Notes: generated by a model not told the origin, from the letters alone. A DNA stretch of 26,234 nt from Candidatus Micrarchaeum sp. (GCA_020723045.1 DYJQ01000001.1:7987-34220); one strand, 5' to 3'. Positions 8,495 to 17,874 are shown, counted from the first letter of the stretch. Translations and numbers: made by a program.

Positions 8495-9864
8495 ATAGGT
8501 ATTCGTTTGCGTTGGTTTTTTTATTCCTTTTTTCTGCAGTTTTTTCGGTTTCTACTTCGGTTGTTATGTTCCCTTCATCCAACTCTTATATTCTGCGCAC
8601 GTATACTATTGAATCGCCCGGCTTGTTCAGCCTTGAACCCTCGGAAATAAAGGGTGTAGCTCCATCCAGCATGTCAATATTCACAGAAGGGGCTAGCATC
8701 TATCTGACATACTACCGCGAGGTAAACAAGACAAGGCAGGTGCAGAAGTCGTTTGAGGATATGCTTAATGAGAGTGTTGGCTCACAGGTCTCAGTTCATG
8801 TCAGCCCTGATAAGGATTACAACGGGACGTTGCAATGGTATAATGATGGATACATAGGGCTTGCTGATGGTACAAAAGAGCGCGTGATCTCACTCAGTAA
8901 TATTGTTGAGCTCTTGATGCCGCAGGTCTCCTCATATAAAGATGAGAACTATACAGAGTATCTCACAACACTATTTGGGAGTTCAACCACACCTTCCAGC
9001 AGGGTTTCGTTGGGCTATGCCACTACGGACCTGTCGTGGTCGATAGACTATGATTTGGCGGTAAATTCAGGGAATGGGAGGCTCACACAGTATGCAGAGC
9101 TTGCGAATAATGGCGGGGAGAGCTATGATAATGCACAACTTACCCTTACGATGCTCGCACCGAACTTTGTGAATAATTACTACCGCTACAACTATAATGG
9201 CTACAACTATAATGGTGGCTACTCCAAGAGTATAATGTATGAGTCAGCCCTACCACAAGGGGTAGGCGGTGCACCCTCATTTGAACCTGTATCACAGCAG
9301 GGGTTCTGGAGTTATAAGGCAGACAAGCCCATCACGCTCCCGCCACACAGCAGCCAGAAGCTCGCCATCTTCACTGATGATGCAAAATATGAGAAGAAAT
9401 ATGTGTGGGATACCAGTAAGGGAGATACGGCTTATGTGGTGTATGACTTAAACAATACGCGTGATGAGGTCCTCCCATCAGGTACTGTGCGTGTGTTTGA
9501 GGATGGCTGTTTTATGGGTGAGGACAGCATCGGCTTGCTTGCGAGTGGCAAGGATGAAGAGCTGTTCGTCTCCAACGCGCCGCAGTTCTCTGTTGAGAAG
9601 TCAATACTCTCAGATAAGACGAGTGGCTTTATGGAGAAGTATACGCATACGGTAACTATCCGCCTCAAGGTGAAGAATTATGGCAAGGAGGCCACATCAC
9701 TGGAAGTGCGCGATTACATACCGCAGTACGATGACTTTGCATTTGTCAGCTTTTCGGTAGAACCGTACAAAATTGATGTGAATAAGGCGGTGTGGGTGGT
9801 TGATGTTGGTGCGGGCGCCGAGAAGATGATTGAGTATACCTATACTTATACAAGCAGGTATTGA
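8491..9864 (+). CDS. Secreted DUF4139-like domain protein
   Basis: Signal peptide; LGYATTDLSWSIDYDL, A.L.NNGGE.Y.NA.L.L, Y......ITL, LPSG.VRVF, EVRD.IP, W.V.V.AG.EK.IEY.Y pattern of DUF4139. TTG start overlaps the MBL stop (TTGA 8491-8494) with GGTGA SD; the track start is GTG 8479. Confidence 0.75.
   Translation: MNRYSFALVFLFLFSAVFSVSTSVVMFPSSNSYILRTYTIESPGLFSLEPSEIKGVAPSSMSIFTEGASIYLTYYREVNKTRQVQKSFEDMLNESVGSQVSVHVSPDKDYNGTLQWYNDGYIGLADGTKERVISLSNIVELLMPQVSSYKDENYTEYLTTLFGSSTTPSSRVSLGYATTDLSWSIDYDLAVNSGNGRLTQYAELANNGGESYDNAQLTLTMLAPNFVNNYYRYNYNGYNYNGGYSKSIMYESALPQGVGGAPSFEPVSQQGFWSYKADKPITLPPHSSQKLAIFTDDAKYEKKYVWDTSKGDTAYVVYDLNNTRDEVLPSGTVRVFEDGCFMGEDSIGLLASGKDEELFVSNAPQFSVEKSILSDKTSGFMEKYTHTVTIRLKVKNYGKEATSLEVRDYIPQYDDFAFVSFSVEPYKIDVNKAVWVVDVGAGAEKMIEYTYTYTSRY
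9186..9215 (+). repeat. In-frame tandem 15-bp duplication encoding YNYNG twice
   Basis: CTACAACTATAATGG at 9186-9200 and 9201-9215. Confidence 0.9.
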
Positions 9865-9886
9865 AAACTAGCGGGGTTTTGAGATT

Positions 9887-10240
9887 ATGGCAAACGAAGA
9901 AATCTATATAGAAAAGAGGATACTGTGCCCAAAATGCGGGCATGTGCATGAGTTTTCGCTCAAAGCGAGCCTCTCTGTGAATAATTTTGTTGTGGATGGC
10001 TACTGCATTGCCTGCGGTGCGGCCATAACTGTTGATAAGAACACCATATTCAAGAACACGCATGTCAATGTAGGCGTGCCTGTAGTAGCGTCGCCAGCAG
10101 GTCTTGAGTCAGTTGAGACGTCTGAGAGTGGAGCATCACAGGGAGATGTGCCGGAGGATGTACTGAGTTTTTTTGATGAAACCGCCGGCTCTTCCAAATC
10201 CTCCTCAGCAGACATTATGACGGATATGTTTGAGCAATAA
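9887..10240 (+). CDS. Small Zn-ribbon protein with acidic disordered tail
   Basis: CPKCG...CIACG; Ser/Glu/Asp-rich C-terminal half; double TAA stop; T-rich tract follows. Confidence 0.8.
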   Translation: MANEEIYIEKRILCPKCGHVHEFSLKASLSVNNFVVDGYCIACGAAITVDKNTIFKNTHVNVGVPVVASPAGLESVETSESGASQGDVPEDVLSFFDETAGSSKSSSADIMTDMFEQ

Positions 10241-10379
10241 TAAACAAAGACCACTTTTTCTACTTTTAATATTTTGCTTAAAATAGATAAAAGAACACTA
10301 TTATCCCCATCAAGAAGAACCGTCGCTGGCAGTCCCCAGTGGACATTAAAATCCCCATATCCCTCCAGAGGTAATCGAG

Positions 10380-10520
10380 ATGAACATAAAAGAGAAAAAG
10401 CGTGGGGATGAGGAAACGGAACTGTGGAAGAAATGGAATGAATGGAAGAAAAAAGAAAAAAAGGGAGAGGGCAAAAGCGCGGCGATTAAAAAAAACGGCT
10501 TATTTTCTAAATCAGCATGA
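10380..10520 (+). CDS. Candidate 46-aa Lys/Trp-rich small ORF (below the track's length cut-off)
   Basis: ATG 10380 with GAGGT SD 7 nt upstream; MNIKEKKRGDEETELWKKWNEWKKKEKKGEGKSAAIKKNGLFSKSA; overlaps the hppA 3' end by 14 nt. Confidence 0.3.
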   Translation: MNIKEKKRGDEETELWKKWNEWKKKEKKGEGKSAAIKKNGLFSKSA

Positions 10521-12474
10521 GCGATTTTGCTAGGAGCGCAGCCGCAAACACGAGCGATACCGTATTGAGCACTTTGATGAGTGCATTCAGTGCCGGCCCA
10601 GCCGTATCCTTGAGTGGGTCGCCCACAGTATCGCCCACTACAGCCGCTTTATGTGTATCGCTTCCCTTGCCACCCAGGTTTCCTGTCTCAATATACTTTT
10701 TGGCGTTATCCCAAGATGCACCAGCAGTACACATGAACAGCGCCAGCAGGAGCCCGCTCGCTATCGCGCCCGCAAGCATCCCTGCAAGTGCCGCCACACC
10801 AAACAGGTAGCCTACTATCAACGGTGTGAATACCGCGATGGCACCGGGGAGTGCAAGCTCTCTCAGTGCAGTTGCAGTGCTTATGTCAACGCACTTTGCA
10901 TAATCGGCCTTTCCCGTGCCTTTCATAAGGCCTTTAATCTCCTTGAACTGCCTGCGTACCTCCTGCACGATCTCAAACGCCGCCTTTCCCACTGCGAGCA
11001 TCAACAGGCTCGAGAATATGAATGGCAGCAATGCGCCTATGAACAGGCCTACAACTACTGATGCAGAGAGCAGGTCAACCGAAGCGAGCTTGCTTTCAGC
11101 AGCAAACGCAGCAAACAGTGCAAGCGCACCCAGTGCAGCCCCACCAATCGCAAACCCCTTTGTTGTTGCCTTTGTGGTATTCCCGACGGCATCCAGTTGG
11201 TCAGTGACCTTCCTAACCTTCTCCGGCAGGTTTGACATCTCTGCTATGCCGCCCGCATTATCCGTTATAGGGCCGAACGAATCCACTGCAATCACAAAAC
11301 CGCTGAGCGATAGCATTGCAGCAGCTGCTAGTGCAACACCGTACAACCCCGCAAGTTTGAACGAAAGTATTATGGCCGCAATAATAACCAGCACAGGCAA
11401 TAATGTAGATTCCATTCCCACAGCCAATCCTGTAATGAGGTTAGTCCCCGCTCCAGTACTTGCCGCCTCAGCAACCTTTCTTACAGGGCCGAACTGCATC
11501 CCCGTGTAATACTCGGTTATGAGGAACAGCAGGAACGTCACAACCGCGCCTATCGCAGTCACCCAGAAGTATTGTGAGAACCCTGTGTAGAGGAATGTGA
11601 GCAGGAGCATCACGACTGCAGTGACGAGCAGGCCTACGTAGAACGAGAACATGATGTTCTTATTCCACAACCGCACGAATAATGACCCTATTACCCCGCT
11701 AAACACACCAAGTGCCGCGATCGCGATGGGCAACGTCACGAGGTTTGCAGTTGAGCCGAGCAGCATTGCAGCAATCACCGTCACCACAAACGATTCAAAC
11801 ACATCCGCCGCCATGCCGGCACAGTCTCCGACGTTATCACCCACATTATCTGCAATCACTGCTGGGTTTCTTGGGTCATCCTCCGGTATCCCCTTCTCAA
11901 TCTTTCCTACAAGGTCGGCACCCACATCAGCCGCTTTTGTGTATATCCCGCCACCCACTCTGGCGAATAGCGAGATGAGCGATGCGCCGAACCCGTACCC
12001 TGTCAATGGTATGAGGTCCCCGTTGAATATTATATAAAGCGCACTCAACCCTATGAGCCCAAGGCCTACGAGCGCCATCCCAGTGACGGCACCTCCCTTG
12101 AATGCCATCGCAAGCGCCTCCCGCAACCCCTTGCCAGCGGCATCTGCGACACGCACGTTGCCCCTTACTGAGGTCTGCATGCCGATATACCCTGCAAGTG
12201 CTGAGGAGAGGACCCCAACGAGGAATGCAAGCGCAGTGGCCTGGCTTACAAAATAGTACAGAGCCACAGCGAGCACGATGACGATGGGCAGCAATGTCTT
12301 GTACTGCCTCATGAGGTAGGCATTCGCCCCCTCCTCAATCGCCTTTGCTATGCTTTGCATCCTCTCGTTTCCTTTAGGCGCCTTAAGAACGCTGAAGACA
12401 AGATAGGCCGAGTAGAGTATAGCCAAGATGCCAACAGCCAGCGCAAAGTAGATTTCGTCAATTCCAAATATCAT
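10507..12474 (-). CDS. hppA: Membrane-bound proton-translocating pyrophosphatase, K+-independent signature
   Basis: GGIYTKAADVGADLVGK.E..IPEDDPRNP.VIADNVGDNVGD, D.FGPI.DNAGGIAEM, GNTTKATTKG, WDNAKK, GDTVGDPLKD. ATG 12474 preferred (GGGGTG SD); the track start is GTG 12486. Confidence 0.97.
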   Translation of the reverse strand: MIFGIDEIYFALAVGILAILYSAYLVFSVLKAPKGNERMQSIAKAIEEGANAYLMRQYKTLLPIVIVLAVALYYFVSQATALAFLVGVLSSALAGYIGMQTSVRGNVRVADAAGKGLREALAMAFKGGAVTGMALVGLGLIGLSALYIIFNGDLIPLTGYGFGASLISLFARVGGGIYTKAADVGADLVGKIEKGIPEDDPRNPAVIADNVGDNVGDCAGMAADVFESFVVTVIAAMLLGSTANLVTLPIAIAALGVFSGVIGSLFVRLWNKNIMFSFYVGLLVTAVVMLLLTFLYTGFSQYFWVTAIGAVVTFLLFLITEYYTGMQFGPVRKVAEAASTGAGTNLITGLAVGMESTLLPVLVIIAAIILSFKLAGLYGVALAAAAMLSLSGFVIAVDSFGPITDNAGGIAEMSNLPEKVRKVTDQLDAVGNTTKATTKGFAIGGAALGALALFAAFAAESKLASVDLLSASVVVGLFIGALLPFIFSSLLMLAVGKAAFEIVQEVRRQFKEIKGLMKGTGKADYAKCVDISTATALRELALPGAIAVFTPLIVGYLFGVAALAGMLAGAIASGLLLALFMCTAGASWDNAKKYIETGNLGGKGSDTHKAAVVGDTVGDPLKDTAGPALNALIKVLNTVSLVFAAALLAKSLMLI

Positions 12475-12544
12475 AGCTGACAACACCCCTTTAATTTGCT
12501 TTTTCTGACGTCATTAAGAAAACAAGATTTTTAAATATAATATT

Positions 12545-13168
12545 CTATCCGAGCAGAAAAATCGGGCCCACATACACGCCGAATGCGATTAATCCCACTA
12601 GTAGCCACACTATCCAATTCCACGCGAATACCTTGCTCCCATCAAGCGGCGGGATGGGTATCATGTTGAACAGTGCTAGGATACCGTTAACACTATACCC
12701 GATCAGTGCAATCTCGCTCACTATTGACTTCGGCCCGAATGTGAGCACTGCAAATGGAAGAAGTGCAAGGAACCCGATCGCCAGCGCTATATTGGTGAGC
12801 GGGCCTGCAATCGAGATTATACCGCTCTGTCTCCTTGTCATGCGTTCGCTGTAGATGTATACTGCACCCGGTGCTGCGAACACAAACCCAAACGCCACCG
12901 CGAAAACAAGACACATCACAAGCCCCATGGGCCACATCCTAAACCCGGCGACGGCCCCATACCTTTGCGCAACAAACTTATGCGCCATCTCGTGCAGTAT
13001 GAACCCAGCCCCTACTGTGATTATCATAACACCAAGCTGTTTTGCCAATTCGGTGATAGGATACTTGAAAAGCCCAGTAATCCCAATGTCCGCAACGAGT
13101 ATGGCAAATGCTATGGCCAGCATTGAAATGCCAATCTCTTCCAATTCCCTATTAGTAATGCCAAACAT
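12545..13168 (-). CDS. Site-2 protease family (M50) intramembrane Zn metalloprotease
   Basis: HEMAH (HExxH), AAPGAV, AGPLTN, NMIPIPPLDG (NxxPxxxxDG); multiple TM helices. Confidence 0.93.
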   Translation of the reverse strand: MFGITNRELEEIGISMLAIAFAILVADIGITGLFKYPITELAKQLGVMIITVGAGFILHEMAHKFVAQRYGAVAGFRMWPMGLVMCLVFAVAFGFVFAAPGAVYIYSERMTRRQSGIISIAGPLTNIALAIGFLALLPFAVLTFGPKSIVSEIALIGYSVNGILALFNMIPIPPLDGSKVFAWNWIVWLLVGLIAFGVYVGPIFLLG

Positions 13169-13216
13169 GAATTGCACCCCGGTAAATAGCGTTTGCCTCT
13201 CCTCACCCGCACCAAT

Positions 13217-13609
13217 CTATCTTACTTCGATGACCTGGGCATTATCCTTTATTTTCACCTTTGCATGCGAGAACATGCCTGCATACGCGACGACCTCGCA
13301 CAGTACCTCACTCCCGTCATCGGTGATAACTGTGATTGCATTTCCGAGCCTTCCGTTCGTCTGCGCCAGCCCGTACTTGCTTCTCAACTCAACAAACGGC
13401 GACATGCCAACAATGCTCACGCGGTCCCCTTTCCTAACACCGCGGATGTGCGGGTACCATACGGGCGAGAGCAGTGTAATCCCAAATGCCAGCGCCACTA
13501 GCTTTGCCAGCAAGAGCAAGTCCCCCCCCGGTACGAGCGCAAATATGATAAACGCAAGCGCAAACGTTATGAGGAATGTTGAGAGTGTCGCCCCAAAGTT
13601 CAGGTTCAT
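13217..13609 (-). CDS. Hypothetical membrane protein: two TM helices plus SH3-like beta-barrel
   Basis: Two hydrophobic helices, then VRKGDRVSIV...GLAQTNGRLGNAITV. Its SD (AGGTGA) contains the cdc48 stop codon. Confidence 0.75.
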   Translation of the reverse strand: MNLNFGATLSTFLITFALAFIIFALVPGGDLLLLAKLVALAFGITLLSPVWYPHIRGVRKGDRVSIVGMSPFVELRSKYGLAQTNGRLGNAITVITDDGSEVLCEVVAYAGMFSHAKVKIKDNAQVIEVR

Positions 13610-13616
13610 CCCCACT

Positions 13617-15767
13617 TCACCTGTATATTACGTTCTCCATCTCCTTGAACTTCTCAATCCTGTTGATATCGTTTTTAGAGATTGATGGCCTGATGTTTTC
13701 GAGCGCCTTGACGAAGTCTTTCATTCCCACCTTGTCATTCACTCTCCCCTCTCTTATAAGGGCCATGCCCGCTTCCCTGCACACACTTTCAATATCTGCG
13801 CCTGTGTACCCCTCACTCATCTCCGCAAGTTGCTCTAAGTTCACATCCTTAGCGAGCGGCATGCCCATGGTGTGCACCTTGAATATTTCTTCTCTCGTCG
13901 TCTTATCAGGCATCCCAATCTCTATCACGTAATCAAACCTGCCCGGTCGCATCAATGCAGGGTCAACGATATCCGGCCTATTAGTTGCGGCAATCACCAC
14001 AACCCTTTTTGTGTTGACCATACCGTCCATCTCAATCAACAATGTATTCACAACTCTCTCAGTCACCTTTGACCCCTCATCATACCCGCGCACTGGTGCA
14101 ATTGCATCAATCTCATCTATGAACACCACGCATGGGGATGCCTGCCTTGCCTTCCTGAATATCTCTCTCACAATCTTCTCGCTCTCACCTACCCACTTGC
14201 TCAGCACCTCGGGGCCTTTGATCGAGATGAAGTTGGCCTCACTCTCAGAAGCAACCGCTTTCGCTAGCAGTGTTTTGCCTGTTCCCGGCGGCCCTACTAA
14301 CAGGATCCCTTTTATGGCGCGTACATTAAGCTTGTCAAAATATTCAGGATGCTTGAGAGGCAGTTCAACAGCCTCATTGAGCGTTCTCTTAGCATTTTCA
14401 AGCCCACCCACATCATCCCACTTTACGTTGGGGATTTCAGTGAACACCTCACGCAGTGCGGATGGCAGTATCTCTTTCATCGCTTCGAGAAAGTCCGCTT
14501 GCTCCACCTCGATCTTGTCAAGCACCTCTTGTGATATCTCGCTGTCAAGGTCAAGCTCGGGTAGTATCCTACGCAGGGCGCGCATCGCCGCCTCCTTGCT
14601 CAGTGAGCTGATATCCGCTCCAGTATAACCGTGTGTGATGTCTGCAAGCCTCTTAAGGTCGACATCCTTGCTAAGCGGCATGTGCCTCGTATGTATCTGC
14701 AGTATCTCCTCACGTGCTGGCCTGTCTGGCACCCCTATCTCAATCTCCCTATCAAACCTGCCCGGCCTTCTCAATGCCTGGTCGATTGCGTTAGGCCTGT
14801 TGGTCGCGCCGATCACTATCACCTGCCCCCGCGCGTTGAGCCCGTCCATCAACGTGAGCAGTTGGCTTACCACCCTCCTCTCAACCTCGCCGGTGGCCTC
14901 CTCGCGTTTGGGCGCAATCGCATCCAGCTCATCCATGAATATGACGCTCGGCGAATTGTCCTCTGCATCCTTGAACAGTTTTCTGAGCCGTTCCTCGCTC
15001 TCGCCAACATACTTGCTCACGAGTTCAGGCCCGCCGATATAGTAGAAGTTGGCCTCACTCTCAGAAGCAACCGCTTTCGCCAGCAGTGTTTTGCCAGTTC
15101 CCGGCGGCCCGTAGATTAACACGCCCTTTGGCGGGTCGATACCTAGCCTCTGGAATAGTTCTGGATGCCTGAGCGGGAGTTCAACCATCTCCCTTACTTT
15201 CTGGATTTCCTCTTTGAGCCCGCCAATATCTTCATAAGAGATGGATGGCACTCTTCCTATATCCTTTGCAGGCTCGTTCTTCAACGAGAGGTCGGTCTCA
15301 TTTCCTATGAGTACAACGCCTGTTGGGAACGTCTGTGTGACTACAAGCGGGAATGGAGTGCCGAACACCGCAACGTATATAACATCACCTCTCGTGAGCG
15401 CCCTCCCGACCAATCTTCTCTTGAGAATAGCGTCAAACCCCGCGGAGAACTGCATTGGCTGTTTGGGTGCGAGTATGATCTTCTTTGCCTCCTTCACATC
15501 TGCTTTCTTTATTGTTATCTTGTCTCCGATTGCCACACCGCTATTCTGTCTCAAATAGCCGTCCATCCTCACTATACCGTACCCCTCATCCCGTGGGTGG
15601 GCTTGCCATACTATGGCTGCAGTAACCTTCTTTCCTTTGAGCTCGACAACATCGCCGGTAGTGACATCAAGCGCCTTTCTCGATTCGCTATCCATCCTCA
15701 CTATGCCGCGCCCAACGTCATGCTGGAGTGCTTCTGCAACCTTAAGCTCGATTTCTTTAACTGCCAT
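13617..15767 (-). CDS. cdc48: Cdc48/VAT type II AAA+ ATPase with C-terminal HbYX (IYR)
   Basis: N-domain (DVGRGIVR), two GPPGTGKT Walker A motifs, DELD/DEID Walker B, ATNRP..ID.AL.RPGRFD twice; GGAGG SD 9 nt before ATG 15767. Confidence 0.98.
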   Translation of the reverse strand: MAVKEIELKVAEALQHDVGRGIVRMDSESRKALDVTTGDVVELKGKKVTAAIVWQAHPRDEGYGIVRMDGYLRQNSGVAIGDKITIKKADVKEAKKIILAPKQPMQFSAGFDAILKRRLVGRALTRGDVIYVAVFGTPFPLVVTQTFPTGVVLIGNETDLSLKNEPAKDIGRVPSISYEDIGGLKEEIQKVREMVELPLRHPELFQRLGIDPPKGVLIYGPPGTGKTLLAKAVASESEANFYYIGGPELVSKYVGESEERLRKLFKDAEDNSPSVIFMDELDAIAPKREEATGEVERRVVSQLLTLMDGLNARGQVIVIGATNRPNAIDQALRRPGRFDREIEIGVPDRPAREEILQIHTRHMPLSKDVDLKRLADITHGYTGADISSLSKEAAMRALRRILPELDLDSEISQEVLDKIEVEQADFLEAMKEILPSALREVFTEIPNVKWDDVGGLENAKRTLNEAVELPLKHPEYFDKLNVRAIKGILLVGPPGTGKTLLAKAVASESEANFISIKGPEVLSKWVGESEKIVREIFRKARQASPCVVFIDEIDAIAPVRGYDEGSKVTERVVNTLLIEMDGMVNTKRVVVIAATNRPDIVDPALMRPGRFDYVIEIGMPDKTTREEIFKVHTMGMPLAKDVNLEQLAEMSEGYTGADIESVCREAGMALIREGRVNDKVGMKDFVKALENIRPSISKNDINRIEKFKEMENVIYR

Positions 15768-15922
15768 GATAAACATCCTCCATCTATAATTAGTGGTATC
15801 TTAAAGGGGGCTAATTTTAAAAAACACTCTTTGGTTTAATGCCTTTTGGTAAATAAATAATTTGCTATCCATTCATTTTGTTTATAAGTAACCTGCTTTC
15901 TAAGGTAGGTACGGTGATACTT

Positions 15923-16825
15923 ATGGCAAAAGGCAAATGCGAGGATATAGAGGTTTATGAGGAGATGAGGGCAGTGTTCAAGGATGACGAGCGGCTCATC
16001 TTTGACACAATTGCGTTGGGCGTGTTCAGCGGGGCGTACCGTGCGCTGAAGAAAGAGATCTATGACCAGAGCAGGACGGTTTCTCCGCTGGATGTTGAGG
16101 AGTTTGCGCATAAGGTGCTGGATGTCCAGGCGGTGATGGGGGATTATGAACAGCTTGTGATGAGCCTCAATAGTACGCTACAACCGTCCATCGCACTGGC
16201 GGTTTCGCTTGAAAACGGCAATGTCCTTGACAATGCATTTGCAAACTTTCTTAAGTTGCATCCAGCGTTTACATATAAGGAGCTGATGAATTATTTTGAG
16301 GAGCGTTATTCAGAGAAGAAGCTGATCAAGTATGTGGGCAGCATTCCCATATACAAGAAATTGCTCTTATTCGACCGCAGGGAGATTGATGCGCGCATAT
16401 TCGACCTGATAAAGTCAGGCGTAATATACTATGCGGGCAACGGAAAGGGCAAGAAAAGGGAGCTTCCAACACGGTTTGACAAGGATAATTTCATATCCAT
16501 GCCGGTGGTTTATGGGATATTTGCTGGCTCGTGGAACCCGCTTGCGGTATACCCCGAGATTGAGAGTGTTTCAGCAGAATCATCGCGTGTACTGCGCGAG
16601 CTGATGAGTGCCGAGCTCGAGACGAACCAAGCGGCCAAGCTGCTCAAGCTTCTCTTCAAGGACTCAACAACGGATAACGTGATCGGCAACTTTGCAGGCA
16701 TACTCTCTATGTACTATGAACAGATGAATGAGCAGCGGCCTGAATTTTTGGTTGAGACTGAGAATGGGCCATCACTCTCAATTATGCACACCGGGGAAGA
16801 GGTTTACGAGACGGTAACCGTATAA
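15923..16825 (+). CDS. Hypothetical protein (300 aa), possible internal winged-helix segment
   Basis: Long ORF with genome-like codon usage; GGTGA SD before ATG 15923; TATA TTTATAAG at 15881; no family recognised. Confidence 0.75.
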   Translation: MAKGKCEDIEVYEEMRAVFKDDERLIFDTIALGVFSGAYRALKKEIYDQSRTVSPLDVEEFAHKVLDVQAVMGDYEQLVMSLNSTLQPSIALAVSLENGNVLDNAFANFLKLHPAFTYKELMNYFEERYSEKKLIKYVGSIPIYKKLLLFDRREIDARIFDLIKSGVIYYAGNGKGKKRELPTRFDKDNFISMPVVYGIFAGSWNPLAVYPEIESVSAESSRVLRELMSAELETNQAAKLLKLLFKDSTTDNVIGNFAGILSMYYEQMNEQRPEFLVETENGPSLSIMHTGEEVYETVTV

Positions 16826-16878
16826 GGATCTGTGTGTTGTGTAAGGCAAAAAGGCCCGGAAAGTAGAAGGCCAAAAAA

Positions 16879-17874
16879 TCAGTCCATTAGTTTTGCGCAC
16901 TTTTTTCCTATAACGTACATATCCTCATACCGTGCACCCTTTTTTTCATACTGGCCCGGTTCAATTGTTATTATTGAGTTTTCCTTAAGCTCCCCTTTCG
17001 CCTTCTTGCTTAACCACGGGAGCTCGTGCACCTCCAACCCGATACCGTGGCCTATCCCATGCGGGAACTCCTTCAACCCATTTTTCTTTATTATCCTGCC
17101 AACCTCTGCGATGAAATCCCGTATCTCCCTTCCAGCATATGCCACATCACTAACCTCCTCTGCTGTATGCTGTAATGCGGCATATGTTTTTTCCATTTCA
17201 CCCATTTTCCCGATGCACCTGGTGATATCTGCATTGTAGTATTTATGCCTTACACCCATATCTATGAGCGCATAATCATCGATCCTGGAATTGCCGGATG
17301 CATAATGCGGAAACCTCGCATTCCTGCTGTTTGCCACAATCGTGCTGAACGCCTCTACTCCACCCGTCTTTACAATCTCCACGAGTATGCGGAGTTTGAC
17401 CTCATCCTCGCGCCTCCCCATTGCCTTTATCCCTCTCAGTATGTTTAGTGTTTTCTTCCTTGCATCTCTCATTAATCCAATCTCCTCACTATCCTTCACT
17501 TCCCTTATTTCCCCAAGTTCCTTCTCAGCACTCTTAATCCCCCTCGTGTATAACCTTCTGTATAATACATATGGGATGTACGATGCATCAATCGCAGCCC
17601 CCTTTATCTTCTCCTTCAATTCACTCACTTTCGTGAACACTACAACCTCCGCAATACCGCCATAAATCTTTCTGCACATGCCCTCATTCATCTTTACAGT
17701 AAATATTGTGAGCCCACCATCATCAGCGAGTGCAATGGAGTGGTCCACATCCATTCCAGTAAAATAGAGAAAATTTGGATTATACCACTCCCACCTCGGT
17801 ATAATCACAGGCGAGTCAAGCTTATCTGCAAGCCTGGAGAGCCTCTTCTTGATTAGCGCCGCATTAACCCTCAT
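16879..17874 (-). CDS. Xaa-Pro aminopeptidase/prolidase (M24B)
   Basis: All five metal ligands present: IDMG, ADIT, HGIGHGIGLEVHE, TIEPG, RYED. ATG 17874 overlaps the smc stop by 11 nt. Confidence 0.93.
   Translation of the reverse strand: MRVNAALIKKRLSRLADKLDSPVIIPRWEWYNPNFLYFTGMDVDHSIALADDGGLTIFTVKMNEGMCRKIYGGIAEVVVFTKVSELKEKIKGAAIDASYIPYVLYRRLYTRGIKSAEKELGEIREVKDSEEIGLMRDARKKTLNILRGIKAMGRREDEVKLRILVEIVKTGGVEAFSTIVANSRNARFPHYASGNSRIDDYALIDMGVRHKYYNADITRCIGKMGEMEKTYAALQHTAEEVSDVAYAGREIRDFIAEVGRIIKKNGLKEFPHGIGHGIGLEVHELPWLSKKAKGELKENSIITIEPGQYEKKGARYEDMYVIGKKCAKLMD

Noticed and set aside
10255-10380. Minus-frame peptide containing GDFN (EEP nuclease-like)
   Set aside because: No start codon or other EEP motifs; the frame runs antisense into the Zn-ribbon gene
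12506-12513. TGACGTCA palindrome in the hppA leader
   Set aside because: An 8-bp palindrome is expected by chance; half-site orientation differs from the 23144 array
12855-13685. 276-aa plus-strand ORF
   Set aside because: Antisense shadow of the M50, membrane protein and cdc48 genes; no motifs; Ser/Thr/Pro-rich shadow composition
15891-15910. Imperfect inverted repeat ACCTGCTT-TCTA-AGGTAGGT
   Set aside because: Two mismatches at DNA level; mostly upstream of the predicted start site, so unlikely to form RNA structure
16836-16870. GGCC-N12-GGCC with flanking A/T tracts between convergent genes
   Set aside because: Only a 4-bp stem; at most an ordinary U-tract terminator
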